Positions 9,264-18,008 of a DNA stretch of 64,000 bases are shown piece after piece. The first letter of the stretch is position 1. The number at the start of each line of letters is the position of its first letter. The translations under genes were made by a program, and so were the position numbers. The notes beneath the pieces are model-generated. The model searched no databases. It had not been told where the DNA came from and saw only the letters and a program-made list of their open reading frames with translations. Source of the stretch: Polyangiales bacterium (GTDB taxonomy: Bacteria > Myxococcota_A > Polyangia > Polyangiales > Ga0077539); the NCBI GenBank assembly GCA_044229975.1, contig JBGARZ010000012.1, positions 286,525 through 350,524 of the forward strand, in the 5' to 3' direction.

Positions 9264-10823
9264 TCAGTCCAACAACCGCGCGACCGCCTCGGACAGCGCC
9301 GCCGCGTCGTGGGGCTTCGCGAGGAAGCCGCGCACGCCGAGGTCGAGGATGGCCTGCGCCTCGTCGTTGAGCGCATACCCGCTCACCAACAACACCGGGA
9401 TCGCCGCGTCGTGCTCTCGCAGCGCGAGGTACGTATCGCGACCGCCCATGCGCGGCATGTTCATGTCGAGCACCACCGCGGCGAGCTCACCGTGGTGGCG
9501 CTCGTAGCGCTCCACGGCCTCGACGCCGTCGGCGGCCTCGATCACCTCGTAGCCGCTGGTGCGCAGCGCGAGGGCGGCGGCCGCGCGCACCAGGGCCTCG
9601 TCCTCCACGAGCAGCACCTTGCCCTGACCGGGTCGCAGCACGCGCGACGCGGCGGGCGGGGAGGACTCCGGGCGCGGTCCGGCGGCGGCCGGGAGCAGCA
9701 CGCGCATGGTGGTTCCGCGCGGGTGGTTGGGCGCGACCTCGACGGCGCCGCGGTGGCTCTGCGCGACGCCGTAGACCACCGCGAGCCCGAGGCCGGTGCC
9801 CGCGCCCGAACCCGTCGCGCGGGTGGTGAAGTACGGCTCGAAGATGCGGTCGCGCAGGGCGGGGTCGATGCCCGTCCCGGTGTCGCAGACCTCTAGCGCG
9901 GCGTGCGGTCCGGGCGCGAGGGGCGGCAGCGTTGCGGCGAGGGCGGCGTCGACGTCGACCGCACGCGTGCGAACGGTGATGGTGCCAGCGCCCTCGATGG
10001 CGTCGCGAGCGTTGAGGAGGAGGTTCATGATGACCTGCTCCAACTGGGTGACGTCGCCGACGACGTCGACGGGGTCGCCTTCGAAGCGCACCTCGATGCG
10101 GCGGTCGACGGTGCGGCCGACGATCTCGGCGACGGAGCGCGCGGCGGCGTCGAGGGCGACGCGCTGCGAGAGGTTCTTGCCGCGGCGGGCGAAGCCGAGG
10201 AGCGAGCGGGTGAGCTTCGCGGCGCTGTCGGTGACCTGGTCGATCTGCCCGAAGGCCGCGAGCCGCGCGGGGTCGGCCTCCCCCGCGCGCAGGAGAGACG
10301 ACAGGATCTTGATGGTCGCGAGGAGGTTGTTGAAGTCGTGCGCGACGCCGCCGGCGAGGTTGCCGATGGAGTCCATGCGCTGGGCCTGCCGGAGCCGCGC
10401 TTCGCCCTCGGCGCGTGCTCGTTCGGCGAGCACCTCGCGGGTGATGTCCGTGAAGCTCTCGACGACGTGGGTGATCTCCCCGCGCTCGTCGAAGAGCGGC
10501 TTCGCGAAGACGCGCAGGTGCACCCGTCCACCATCGTGGCGGTGGATCACCAGGTCGTCGACCACCACCTCCGCCCGCGCCTCCAGAACGCGCTCGAAGG
10601 GCATGCGCCCCTCGGGGTAGGGATCGCCGTCGACGGTGTGCACGCCGTAGGGCCCGACGTAGTTGCCGCGCTCGGCCTCGGGCGGTCCCTCCAGCCCGAG
10701 CACCACGCGAAACTCCCGGTTGGTGTAGACGGTCTCGCCACCCGGCACGGTGCCCACCCAGATCGCGGTGGGGAGCTCGTCGGCGATCATGGCAATGGAG
10801 TCGAGGTCGCGCGGCGTGGTCAT
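9264..10823 (-). CDS. PAS-domain hybrid histidine kinase (HisKA-HATPase-REC)
   Basis: AHDFNNLL H-box, NARDA N-box, DTGTG, FEPYFTT, GTGLGL; REC LLVEDE..VVLDMNMP. Confidence 0.93.
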   Translation of the reverse strand: MTTPRDLDSIAMIADELPTAIWVGTVPGGETVYTNREFRVVLGLEGPPEAERGNYVGPYGVHTVDGDPYPEGRMPFERVLEARAEVVVDDLVIHRHDGGRVHLRVFAKPLFDERGEITHVVESFTDITREVLAERARAEGEARLRQAQRMDSIGNLAGGVAHDFNNLLATIKILSSLLRAGEADPARLAAFGQIDQVTDSAAKLTRSLLGFARRGKNLSQRVALDAAARSVAEIVGRTVDRRIEVRFEGDPVDVVGDVTQLEQVIMNLLLNARDAIEGAGTITVRTRAVDVDAALAATLPPLAPGPHAALEVCDTGTGIDPALRDRIFEPYFTTRATGSGAGTGLGLAVVYGVAQSHRGAVEVAPNHPRGTTMRVLLPAAAGPRPESSPPAASRVLRPGQGKVLLVEDEALVRAAAALALRTSGYEVIEAADGVEAVERYERHHGELAAVVLDMNMPRMGGRDTYLALREHDAAIPVLLVSGYALNDEAQAILDLGVRGFLAKPHDAAALSEAVARLLD

Positions 10824-10907
10824 CGGTGGGTCCGTTGGGCGCGCGCAGACTATCGAAGCGCGCCGCGACGGTCACGGCTTGTTGAGCGCCGCGAGGGTGT
10901 GGCAATC

Positions 10908-11348
10908 GTGCACAGCGTGAGCGCGGTGGTGAGGGTGGTGGTGGGGCTGGCGTTGTCGCTTGGACTGGCGGCGTGCGGTGCGAGTCGCAGGCGCGAGGTG
11001 GGTGAGCCGGTGACGATCATCGTGGTTCCGGCGGGGCATCCGGTGCCGGTGTATCAGGGCGTGTGGCCGACGATGAGGCCGACGCCGGACGCAGGGATGG
11101 TGGAGCTGCCGTCGCTGCCCGAGGGGTTGTCCCTCGCCTACGTCGGCGGAACGGTCTTCCAGGTCGGCGTGGACGGCGGGATCTTCGCCGACGTGACCGA
11201 GGTCGCGGACGCGGGGCCCTGCGGCGGGACGCGCGATTGGTGGCACCTCGACGAGGGGGTCTGGCGGACGAATGGAACGTTGGTCACTGGGGGCCGCGGC
11301 AGCGCCGAGGCCATCGGCCACTGCATCGAGGCGACACGTCCGCGGTGA
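10908..11348 (+). CDS. Hypothetical lipoprotein
   Basis: VVVGLALSLGLAAC lipobox at the 3' end of a long shadow ORF; start uncertain. Confidence 0.6.
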   Translation: MHSVSAVVRVVVGLALSLGLAACGASRRREVGEPVTIIVVPAGHPVPVYQGVWPTMRPTPDAGMVELPSLPEGLSLAYVGGTVFQVGVDGGIFADVTEVADAGPCGGTRDWWHLDEGVWRTNGTLVTGGRGSAEAIGHCIEATRPR

Positions 11349-11494
11349 GTCAGCGGTCCGGAACACCTCGACGTGCTCGCCGCCCGCCAGGGCAAGATCA
11401 ACGAGGGCCGCGCCCGCGCCCGAGCCGCCACGCCCGAGCCCACCCCGAGCTGACCCGCACTGACGGCGTGATCGCGGTCCCCTCTCTCAATCCA

Positions 11495-12088
11495 TCAATA
11501 CAACGGACCCAGCACCAGCCGCGGGTCGGGGTAGATCGTCAGCGCGTGCGCGCGGTCGGCGTCACTCACCGCCCCCGGCAGGTCGTGCACCTCTGGTCGC
11601 ACCAATGACAACTGGAAGTGCAGGTGCGGGTTCCATCCGCCGTTTTCGTGGCGGTCGCCGACCCAGGCGATGACCTCGCCGCGCGCCACGGGCTGCCCCT
11701 CGTAGCGCCCCTCCACCGAGCGCGCCGACAGGTGGCCGTGCAGCGCCCACACCGTTCGCCCGTTGATCTCGTGCTGCGTGACCAGCGTGAAGCCGTAGTC
11801 CCCTGGCGCCGGGTTGTCCCCAAACCGGTGCACCACACCGTCCCAGAACGCATGCACCCCCTCCCCCACCGGCGCCGCGATGTCGACCCCGACGTGCACG
11901 TCCCGCGTCCCGGCGAAGAGCGCGGTGGTGTACATCCCGCGGCGCTTCTCGTCGTAGCGACCGACGCCGTACTCCGACCGCATCGCCCGTTCGGGGTCGT
12001 AGCCCGCGGTGAAGTCGTAGACCTCGTACCCGACTGGCAGATCGATCACCGGGGCGAACACGCAACCGCTCACGTCGAGGCTCGTCAT
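11495..12088 (-). CDS. M23 family metallopeptidase (stand-alone, no signal peptide)
   Basis: HVGVD (HxxxD), LHGHL, GDRHENGGWNPHLHFQ (HxH). Confidence 0.88.
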   Translation of the reverse strand: MTSLDVSGCVFAPVIDLPVGYEVYDFTAGYDPERAMRSEYGVGRYDEKRRGMYTTALFAGTRDVHVGVDIAAPVGEGVHAFWDGVVHRFGDNPAPGDYGFTLVTQHEINGRTVWALHGHLSARSVEGRYEGQPVARGEVIAWVGDRHENGGWNPHLHFQLSLVRPEVHDLPGAVSDADRAHALTIYPDPRLVLGPLY

Positions 12089-12151
12089 GGCGCGCCGAGG
12101 GATACCACCGCCGCAGGGGCGCTGACCTTCGCGGTGTGCGAAGTTCGTGGC

Positions 12152-12820
12152 GTGGACGACGCCCCGACCACCCGCGCGCCCGACGAGTACGAGCGCCAGT
12201 ACATGGACGCCGACCGGGCGCTGCTCATCGCGCGGGTGCGGCAGCTCCTGTGGCTGCGCCTCGCGCTCGCGGCCTTCGTCGCGGCGATGGTGGTCGTCAA
12301 CGTCCAGCAGCTCATCGTGATCGTCCCGCGGCTGTGGGAGCTGCGGCACGTGGCGCCGGGGGCGGTGGCGGCGTTCTTCGCGGCGTGCGTTCCGTTCTGG
12401 GCGCTGGTGCTGTGGTTTCCGGTGGCCGAGCTCGTGGGCGCCGTCACGCGCGTGGTGCTCACGCCGACGCACCTGCGGGTGCACCGCGGCTTCGGCACGA
12501 CGGACATTCCCCTCGACGCCGTCACGGGCGTCGCGGTCGAGCAGACGAAGCGGTGGTTTCCGGCGCGCCTGTCGCGGCGCGACGCGGTCTACCAGAGCTT
12601 CCGCACGAAGGACTCCGTGCGGGTCGAGTGGGTCGATGCGAAGGGCCGACCGCGAAGGTTGTGGGTCTACCTGGACGGCGCCGAGGCGCTGCGCGAGCGC
12701 ATCGAGCGGGCGCGCGGCGGAGGCACCGGGGTGCGCATCGACGTCGGGGCGACGGACGAAGAGACAAGCGACGAGGAGTGGGCGACGGAGCGCGAGGAGT
12801 CAGCGAGGCGGCGCTCTTGA
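12152..12820 (+). CDS. Hypothetical membrane protein (2 TM plus PH-like C-terminal region)
   Basis: Two hydrophobic helices followed by RVVLTPTHLRVHRGF..IPLDAVTGV; start uncertain. Confidence 0.65.
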   Translation: MDDAPTTRAPDEYERQYMDADRALLIARVRQLLWLRLALAAFVAAMVVVNVQQLIVIVPRLWELRHVAPGAVAAFFAACVPFWALVLWFPVAELVGAVTRVVLTPTHLRVHRGFGTTDIPLDAVTGVAVEQTKRWFPARLSRRDAVYQSFRTKDSVRVEWVDAKGRPRRLWVYLDGAEALRERIERARGGGTGVRIDVGATDEETSDEEWATEREESARRRS

Positions 12821-12822
12821 GC

Positions 12823-12847
12823 GGGCCGGGGTTCACCGTGCAGGCTC
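12823..12847 (+). repeat. Truncated copy of the REP-like element family at 20983-21288 and 63852-63989
   Basis: GGGCCGGGGTTCACCGTGCAGGCTC, 24/25 identical to the other copies; fills the gap between two convergent stop codons. Confidence 0.75.
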
Positions 12848-13523
12848 AGAGATCCATCACCCCGCGCCCGTTGGCGCAGCGCACCCGGCGAAACCCGAAC
12901 GCCCTCAGCCCCGCCCGGCTCTCCGGGCGCGCGATGCTCTCCACCATCTGCTGGTCGCACATCGCCGTGTCGAAGCGCAGCGAGGTGCTGCGCTCGTCGG
13001 CCACGTGAACGCACCCGAGGCCCCGCGGCGACAACTGGTCGATGTCCGCCGCGAGCTCGGTGCGCATCCGCTGCTTCGTTCGCTCGTCCTCCGAGGCCGC
13101 GTCGGCGTGGTCGCGCAGGTGCGTCGAGAGCGCCCTCGCCGCCGCCCCCAACAGGTTGCCCTGCCGACGCCTCACCTCCGCCATCAACGCCGGCACCGCG
13201 GCCCTCTCGGGTGACCCCTCCGGAATCGCCGACGTGTGGTGCTCCACCCCCCCAAACGACCCGCCCGTCTGCGTCTCCGGGTCGTAGCCCACCGTCAGCG
13301 CGCGGCGCGCCTCGGCCAGGTGCTGCGCGGGCGTCATCGCGCGAAAGCGGGCGTGCGCCGCCTCCATCCGCACGCGCGCTTCTTCAGGCGACACGATGGT
13401 TCCGATGGCCACGTCGCTCTCGGTGAGCGCGCGGCCGTAGAGCGCCACCGCCCCCACGCACGCCGCGGGAATGGCCAACACCAGGGCACCGATGACGACC
13501 ACCCGACCCGCTGCGTTCGACAT
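12846..13523 (-). CDS. Hypothetical protein with N-terminal membrane anchor
   Basis: ATG start, hydrophobic N-terminus, genome-typical codon bias. Confidence 0.7.
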   Translation of the reverse strand: MSNAAGRVVVIGALVLAIPAACVGAVALYGRALTESDVAIGTIVSPEEARVRMEAAHARFRAMTPAQHLAEARRALTVGYDPETQTGGSFGGVEHHTSAIPEGSPERAAVPALMAEVRRRQGNLLGAAARALSTHLRDHADAASEDERTKQRMRTELAADIDQLSPRGLGCVHVADERSTSLRFDTAMCDQQMVESIARPESRAGLRAFGFRRVRCANGRGVMDL

Positions 13524-13560
13524 GACCGGGACGATACACGCATCCCGGTCGGCGCCGGAC

Positions 13561-15636
13561 CTACCGGACGATGTACCGCAAGGTGTAGGTCATACCGCTG
13601 CCGCCGATGCGCTCGTCGACCACCAGCGCATGCAGGCCGCGCGCGGTCGTCACGTTGTTGAGCCGCGAGCCGTAGCTGAGCGTGTCCGCCCCCGAACCCG
13701 TACCTCGGCAGTTGCTACCGCCCATGGTTCCGCCGTCGTCGTTGCAGGTGCTCTCGGTGTTGGTCACGGCGCTGCGGATGTAGATCGCCGGGTCGTAGTT
13801 GGTCGTGCCGATGCGCCGCGTGTACGTCCCGCCGTCGCTCGCGCACAGGCTGAAGAACTGCTGCGTCCCGCCGCACGTCGTGAACCACCGGACGTCCTCG
13901 CCGGACGCCGTCCCGCCGCAGGTTCCGGCGATGCGCCCGGTGCCCACGAGCACCGTCGACGTCGAGCCGTCGCCCCGGAGCCGATCGGTATAGAAGTACG
14001 ACCCGAGGTTGCTCGGCAGGTGCTGCACCCGCAGCGTGAAGGTGCCGGTGCCGCAGCCGCCGACCACCACGTACCAGGTGCCCGCGCCGAGCACGCCCGC
14101 GGTCTGTGAGTTGAGCCCGCTGCTGAAGCCCGCCGCGCTCGACGCGCAGCCGCCGTCGTCGTTGCAGAGCCCGAGGTTGGTGTTGCCCGACCCGGACTGC
14201 GCCGCCACCGGGACGCCCATCTCGTTGGTGATGGAGAGCGACGTGTCGAGCGTCGAGCCCGCCGTGTCGAGGTACACCACCTCCTGCTGCGCCAGCGTGA
14301 AGCGGTACCAGACGTCCGCTCCGCTCGTGCACCCGCACGGAACCGTCGGCCCATCATGCGTCGCACCGGTCGTGGTCCCGGTGACGGTGGTCTCGGCGGC
14401 GCCGAGGGCGATCACCCGCGCGGCCGCCCGCGCGTCGTTGGCAGGCGCGCAGGCCCCGGCCGTACACGACGTCCCGCTGGCGCACGCCGTCCCGCACGCG
14501 CCGCAGTTGGCCGTGTCGGTCTGCACGTTGACGCAGCGGCCCGAGCACTGGGTCTGCCCGGCCGTGCACACGGTGCTGCACGCGCCCGCGCTGCACGTCG
14601 ACGGGGCGGTGCAGGCCCGCGCGCACATCCCGCAGTTGGCCGCGTCGGTCTGGAGGTTGACGCAGCGGGTGCCGCACAGGGTCTGACCCGTCGGGCACGC
14701 GCACGCGCCCGCCACGCAGGACGTCCCGGTCATGCAGGTGGTGCCGCACGCGCCGCAGTTGGCGGGGTCGGTGCGGGTGTCGAGGCAGCGCCCGGCGCAC
14801 GCGGTCTGACCCGTCGGGCACGCGCACGCCCCCGCGGTGCAGCGCTGGCCCATGGTGCACGCCGTCCCGCACGCGCCGCAGTTGGCGCTGTCGGTGGTGA
14901 CGTCGACGCAGGCCGACATGCCGCCCGACGCGCAGGCCCGGCCGGGCGCGGGGCACGAGCTACGGCACGCGCCCGCCACGCAGCTCTCGCCCGCGCCGCA
15001 GGACATCCCGCACATCCCGCAGTTGCCGAGGTCACCCATCGTGTCGACGCACGCGGCGCCGCAGCGGGTCTGCCCCGTCGGGCACGCGGCCGGAGAGCAC
15101 GCGCCCTCGGTGCAGCGCTCGCCCGCGGCGCACGCCTGGCCGCAGCCGCCGCAGTGGGCGGGCGCGATGTTGGTGTCGACGCACATCCCGCCGCAGTCGA
15201 TCTGTCCGGTGGTGCACGTCGCAGCGGCCTGGCAGGTGCCGGCCGAGCAGGTCTGCGCGGCCGAGCACGCCTGGCCGCAGGCGCCGCAGTTGGTGGTGTC
15301 GCTGGTGGTGTCGACGCAGGCACCGCCGCAGTCGGTCTGCCCGCCGGGGCAGCGCGCGCGGCACACGGAGGCGGTGCAGTCCTCGGTGGCGCCGCAGGCG
15401 CGGTCGCACGAGCCGCAGTGGAAGCGGTCGCTGGCGAGGTTGAAGCACTCGTTGCCGCAGCGGGCCTGACCCTCCGGGCAGGTGAGCGGGTTGGTGATGC
15501 CCGCGTCGTCGCCGGTGTCACCCGCGGCGCTCGGCACGTCGTCCTCTCCGGTCGGAACCATCGTGTTGCCAGCGCAGCCGACAAGGGCCACAACGAGGGG
15601 AAGAGCGAACCACCGAAGCCAGGGCGCCAGTCGCAT
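13561..15636 (-). CDS. Cysteine-rich repeat lipoprotein (myxobacterial type) with C-terminal beta-sandwich domains
   Basis: LVGC lipobox; eight C.D..TD..NCG.CG..C repeats; two DV(W/R)(Y/W)...CNDDGG modules. Confidence 0.88.
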   Translation of the reverse strand: MRLAPWLRWFALPLVVALVGCAGNTMVPTGEDDVPSAAGDTGDDAGITNPLTCPEGQARCGNECFNLASDRFHCGSCDRACGATEDCTASVCRARCPGGQTDCGGACVDTTSDTTNCGACGQACSAAQTCSAGTCQAAATCTTGQIDCGGMCVDTNIAPAHCGGCGQACAAGERCTEGACSPAACPTGQTRCGAACVDTMGDLGNCGMCGMSCGAGESCVAGACRSSCPAPGRACASGGMSACVDVTTDSANCGACGTACTMGQRCTAGACACPTGQTACAGRCLDTRTDPANCGACGTTCMTGTSCVAGACACPTGQTLCGTRCVNLQTDAANCGMCARACTAPSTCSAGACSTVCTAGQTQCSGRCVNVQTDTANCGACGTACASGTSCTAGACAPANDARAAARVIALGAAETTVTGTTTGATHDGPTVPCGCTSGADVWYRFTLAQQEVVYLDTAGSTLDTSLSITNEMGVPVAAQSGSGNTNLGLCNDDGGCASSAAGFSSGLNSQTAGVLGAGTWYVVVGGCGTGTFTLRVQHLPSNLGSYFYTDRLRGDGSTSTVLVGTGRIAGTCGGTASGEDVRWFTTCGGTQQFFSLCASDGGTYTRRIGTTNYDPAIYIRSAVTNTESTCNDDGGTMGGSNCRGTGSGADTLSYGSRLNNVTTARGLHALVVDERIGGSGMTYTLRYIVR

Positions 15637-15755
15637 GGGGGCCTCCTAACACGATCGGCGCCGTAGGACAGCGGGGGGCCCCTCCCTGGCAGCCGTCATG
15701 TGTCACGGTCATCGTTCGCCCCACCGCCGACCCACCGAAGAGCTGAAGCCCACCC

Positions 15756-17876
15756 GTGAACCGAACCATCCCCATCGCCACCCTCCCCTCCACGCTCCGG
15801 GTCGAGGACGCCGTCGAGGCCGCGTGCGCGGCTGATATCGCCTTCATCGAGGAGCGATTGCGTCGCGGCACCTCGGTGCTCGTCGAGTGCGACAAGGAGC
15901 TCTCCCTCTACCTCTACCTCGCCGTCCGCGGACGCCTCCGCCGCACCAAGGACGCGCCCAAGCTCGTGGTGGTCGATGGCCGCCCGGCGCCGGATGTTCC
16001 GTACCGCGGCAACCTCCCGCGCATGTTGGAGCAGCTCACGGAGTCCATCCGCGGCAGCGTCGATCGCACCATCATCGTGCTGCTCCACCTCGACGTGCTG
16101 ACCACCACGCACACGGGGCTCACCCTCGAAGCGCGCGAGTCGATTCCGTTGTTGTATGAAAACCCCGAGGCGGTGCTGCTGGGGTTTCGCGACCCGAGCT
16201 TCGAGGTGCCGAAGGTCATCCGCGAGGTGTTTCCGGCGCGGCGGGAGATCACCGGGATTCCGCGCGAGGCGCTGCCGAAGATCATCACGCAGCGCGAGGC
16301 GAAGTCCCTGCACGCGACGGAGTTCGACCCCTTCGGGATGTACAAGTACGTCTCGGGGTTGAACCCCGTCCGGCTGCGTCGCTTGTTCGGCGAGCTGGAG
16401 CTGCGGCGCGAGGCGGGCGCGGGTCGCTCGCTGGCGCAGGAGGTCTATGCGGACATCCGCAAGCAGACGGTCACCGACGACATCGAGCTCCCCACGGTCG
16501 ACCTCGACGCCGACATCGGCGGCTATGGCGAGGTGAAGACGCGGTTGAAGGAAGAGCTCATCGAGCTCATCCAGCGCAAGGACGCGGTGGGCAGCGAAGG
16601 CGACATCGCGGCGATCGAGTCGCTGCTGCCGCGCGGGGTGATCTTCCATGGGCCACCGGGGACGGGGAAGACGTACTTCGCCAAGGCCATCGCGACGGCG
16701 CTCAACGCGAGCGTGATCATCGTGTCGGGCCCGGAGCTCAAGTCCAAGTGGGTCGGTGAGAGCGAAGAGAATCTTCGCCGGGTCTTCCGACAGGCGAGGC
16801 AGAGCGCGCCCGCGGTGGTGGTGTTCGATGAGATCGACGCCTTCGCGGCGCAGCGCGGGACGTACACCGGGTCGGGCGTGGAGCACTCGATGGTCAACCA
16901 GCTCCTCACGGAGATGGACGGCTTCCGCAAGAACGAGATGGTCTTCGTGGTCGCCACCACGAACTTCCTCACCTCCGTCGACGGCGCGCTGATGCGTCCG
17001 GGGCGCTTCGAGTTTCTCATCGAGATTCCGGCGCCGACGGCGGACGACCGCAAGGCCATCGCGACGATCTACAGCCAGCGCTTCGGGCTCAACCTGTCCG
17101 ACGCGGTGATCTCGCACCTCGTTCGCCGCACCGAGGGCCTCGCCGACCGCGAGAAGAACATCCCCTTCTCGGGCGACCACCTCCAGTCGGTGTGCCGCGC
17201 GCTCAAGCGACAGTCCCTTCGCACGGGGACGACGATGTTTACGACCGAGGACATCGACCGCGCGCTGCAACGGAAGACCCGCCGCGCCATCGTGCTGAGC
17301 AAGGAGGAGGAGCGGGTGATCGGCGTTCACGAGGCGGGGCACGCGCTCATCGCGATGCTGCTGCCGAAGGCGACACCCCCGGAGCGCATCTGCATCGCGC
17401 AGGACCAGGAGGGCGCCCTCGGGTACGTGCTGCGGGCGGCTCGCACGCGGCCGTACGTGACGACGGAGGACGAGATGCGCGCGGACATCTGCGTGGGCCT
17501 CGGGGGCCAGACGGCCGAGCGCATGATGCTGGGCGAGGTGAGCGTCGGGGCCTACGCCGACCTGCAACAGTGCAACCTCATCGCGCGGGCCATGGTCGAG
17601 GAGTACGGCATGAGCGGGACGCTCGGCGCGCGCGTGATGCTGGAGGACGAGTCGGGCCGCAGCGGGATGGGCGCGAGCGAGGCGCGGCGGGTGCGCATCG
17701 ACGCGGCCATCGACGAGATCCTGCGGGCCGAGCAGGCGCGCGCGACGGAGCTGCTGGGCAAGAACCGCGAGCTGCTCAACGCCCTGTGGACGCTGCTGCT
17801 GGAGAAGAAGGTGCTGGAGGGCGAGAGCCTCACGGGCTTCTCCGCGACGGTCACAGGCGCGGCTCCCACTCCGTAG
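15756..17876 (+). CDS. Soluble AAA+ ATPase fused to an M41 (FtsH-type) zinc protease
   Basis: GPPGTGKT, PELKSKWVGESE, VVFDEID, DGALMRPGRFE, then HEAGH and GAYADL. No TM helix; about 240-aa N-terminal region. Confidence 0.9.
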   Translation: MNRTIPIATLPSTLRVEDAVEAACAADIAFIEERLRRGTSVLVECDKELSLYLYLAVRGRLRRTKDAPKLVVVDGRPAPDVPYRGNLPRMLEQLTESIRGSVDRTIIVLLHLDVLTTTHTGLTLEARESIPLLYENPEAVLLGFRDPSFEVPKVIREVFPARREITGIPREALPKIITQREAKSLHATEFDPFGMYKYVSGLNPVRLRRLFGELELRREAGAGRSLAQEVYADIRKQTVTDDIELPTVDLDADIGGYGEVKTRLKEELIELIQRKDAVGSEGDIAAIESLLPRGVIFHGPPGTGKTYFAKAIATALNASVIIVSGPELKSKWVGESEENLRRVFRQARQSAPAVVVFDEIDAFAAQRGTYTGSGVEHSMVNQLLTEMDGFRKNEMVFVVATTNFLTSVDGALMRPGRFEFLIEIPAPTADDRKAIATIYSQRFGLNLSDAVISHLVRRTEGLADREKNIPFSGDHLQSVCRALKRQSLRTGTTMFTTEDIDRALQRKTRRAIVLSKEEERVIGVHEAGHALIAMLLPKATPPERICIAQDQEGALGYVLRAARTRPYVTTEDEMRADICVGLGGQTAERMMLGEVSVGAYADLQQCNLIARAMVEEYGMSGTLGARVMLEDESGRSGMGASEARRVRIDAAIDEILRAEQARATELLGKNRELLNALWTLLLEKKVLEGESLTGFSATVTGAAPTP

Positions 17877-18008
17877 GCATCCGCCCTTCATCCGCCCACT
17901 GCGGGCGCGCAACGACCCCCTCGACGCCGCGTTGGTCTTCGCGGTACCCCATCGAAGGTCAACGACCGCCGAGCACCCGGCATCGGCTCCTGTTGCGTCT
18001 CACCCGGA

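Noticed and set aside
11349..11453. Short frame VSGPEHLDVLAARQGKINEGRARARAATPEPTPS* with coding-like codon bias
   Set aside because: Could be a 3' gene remnant, but it is too short, has no convincing start and shows no recognisable homology.
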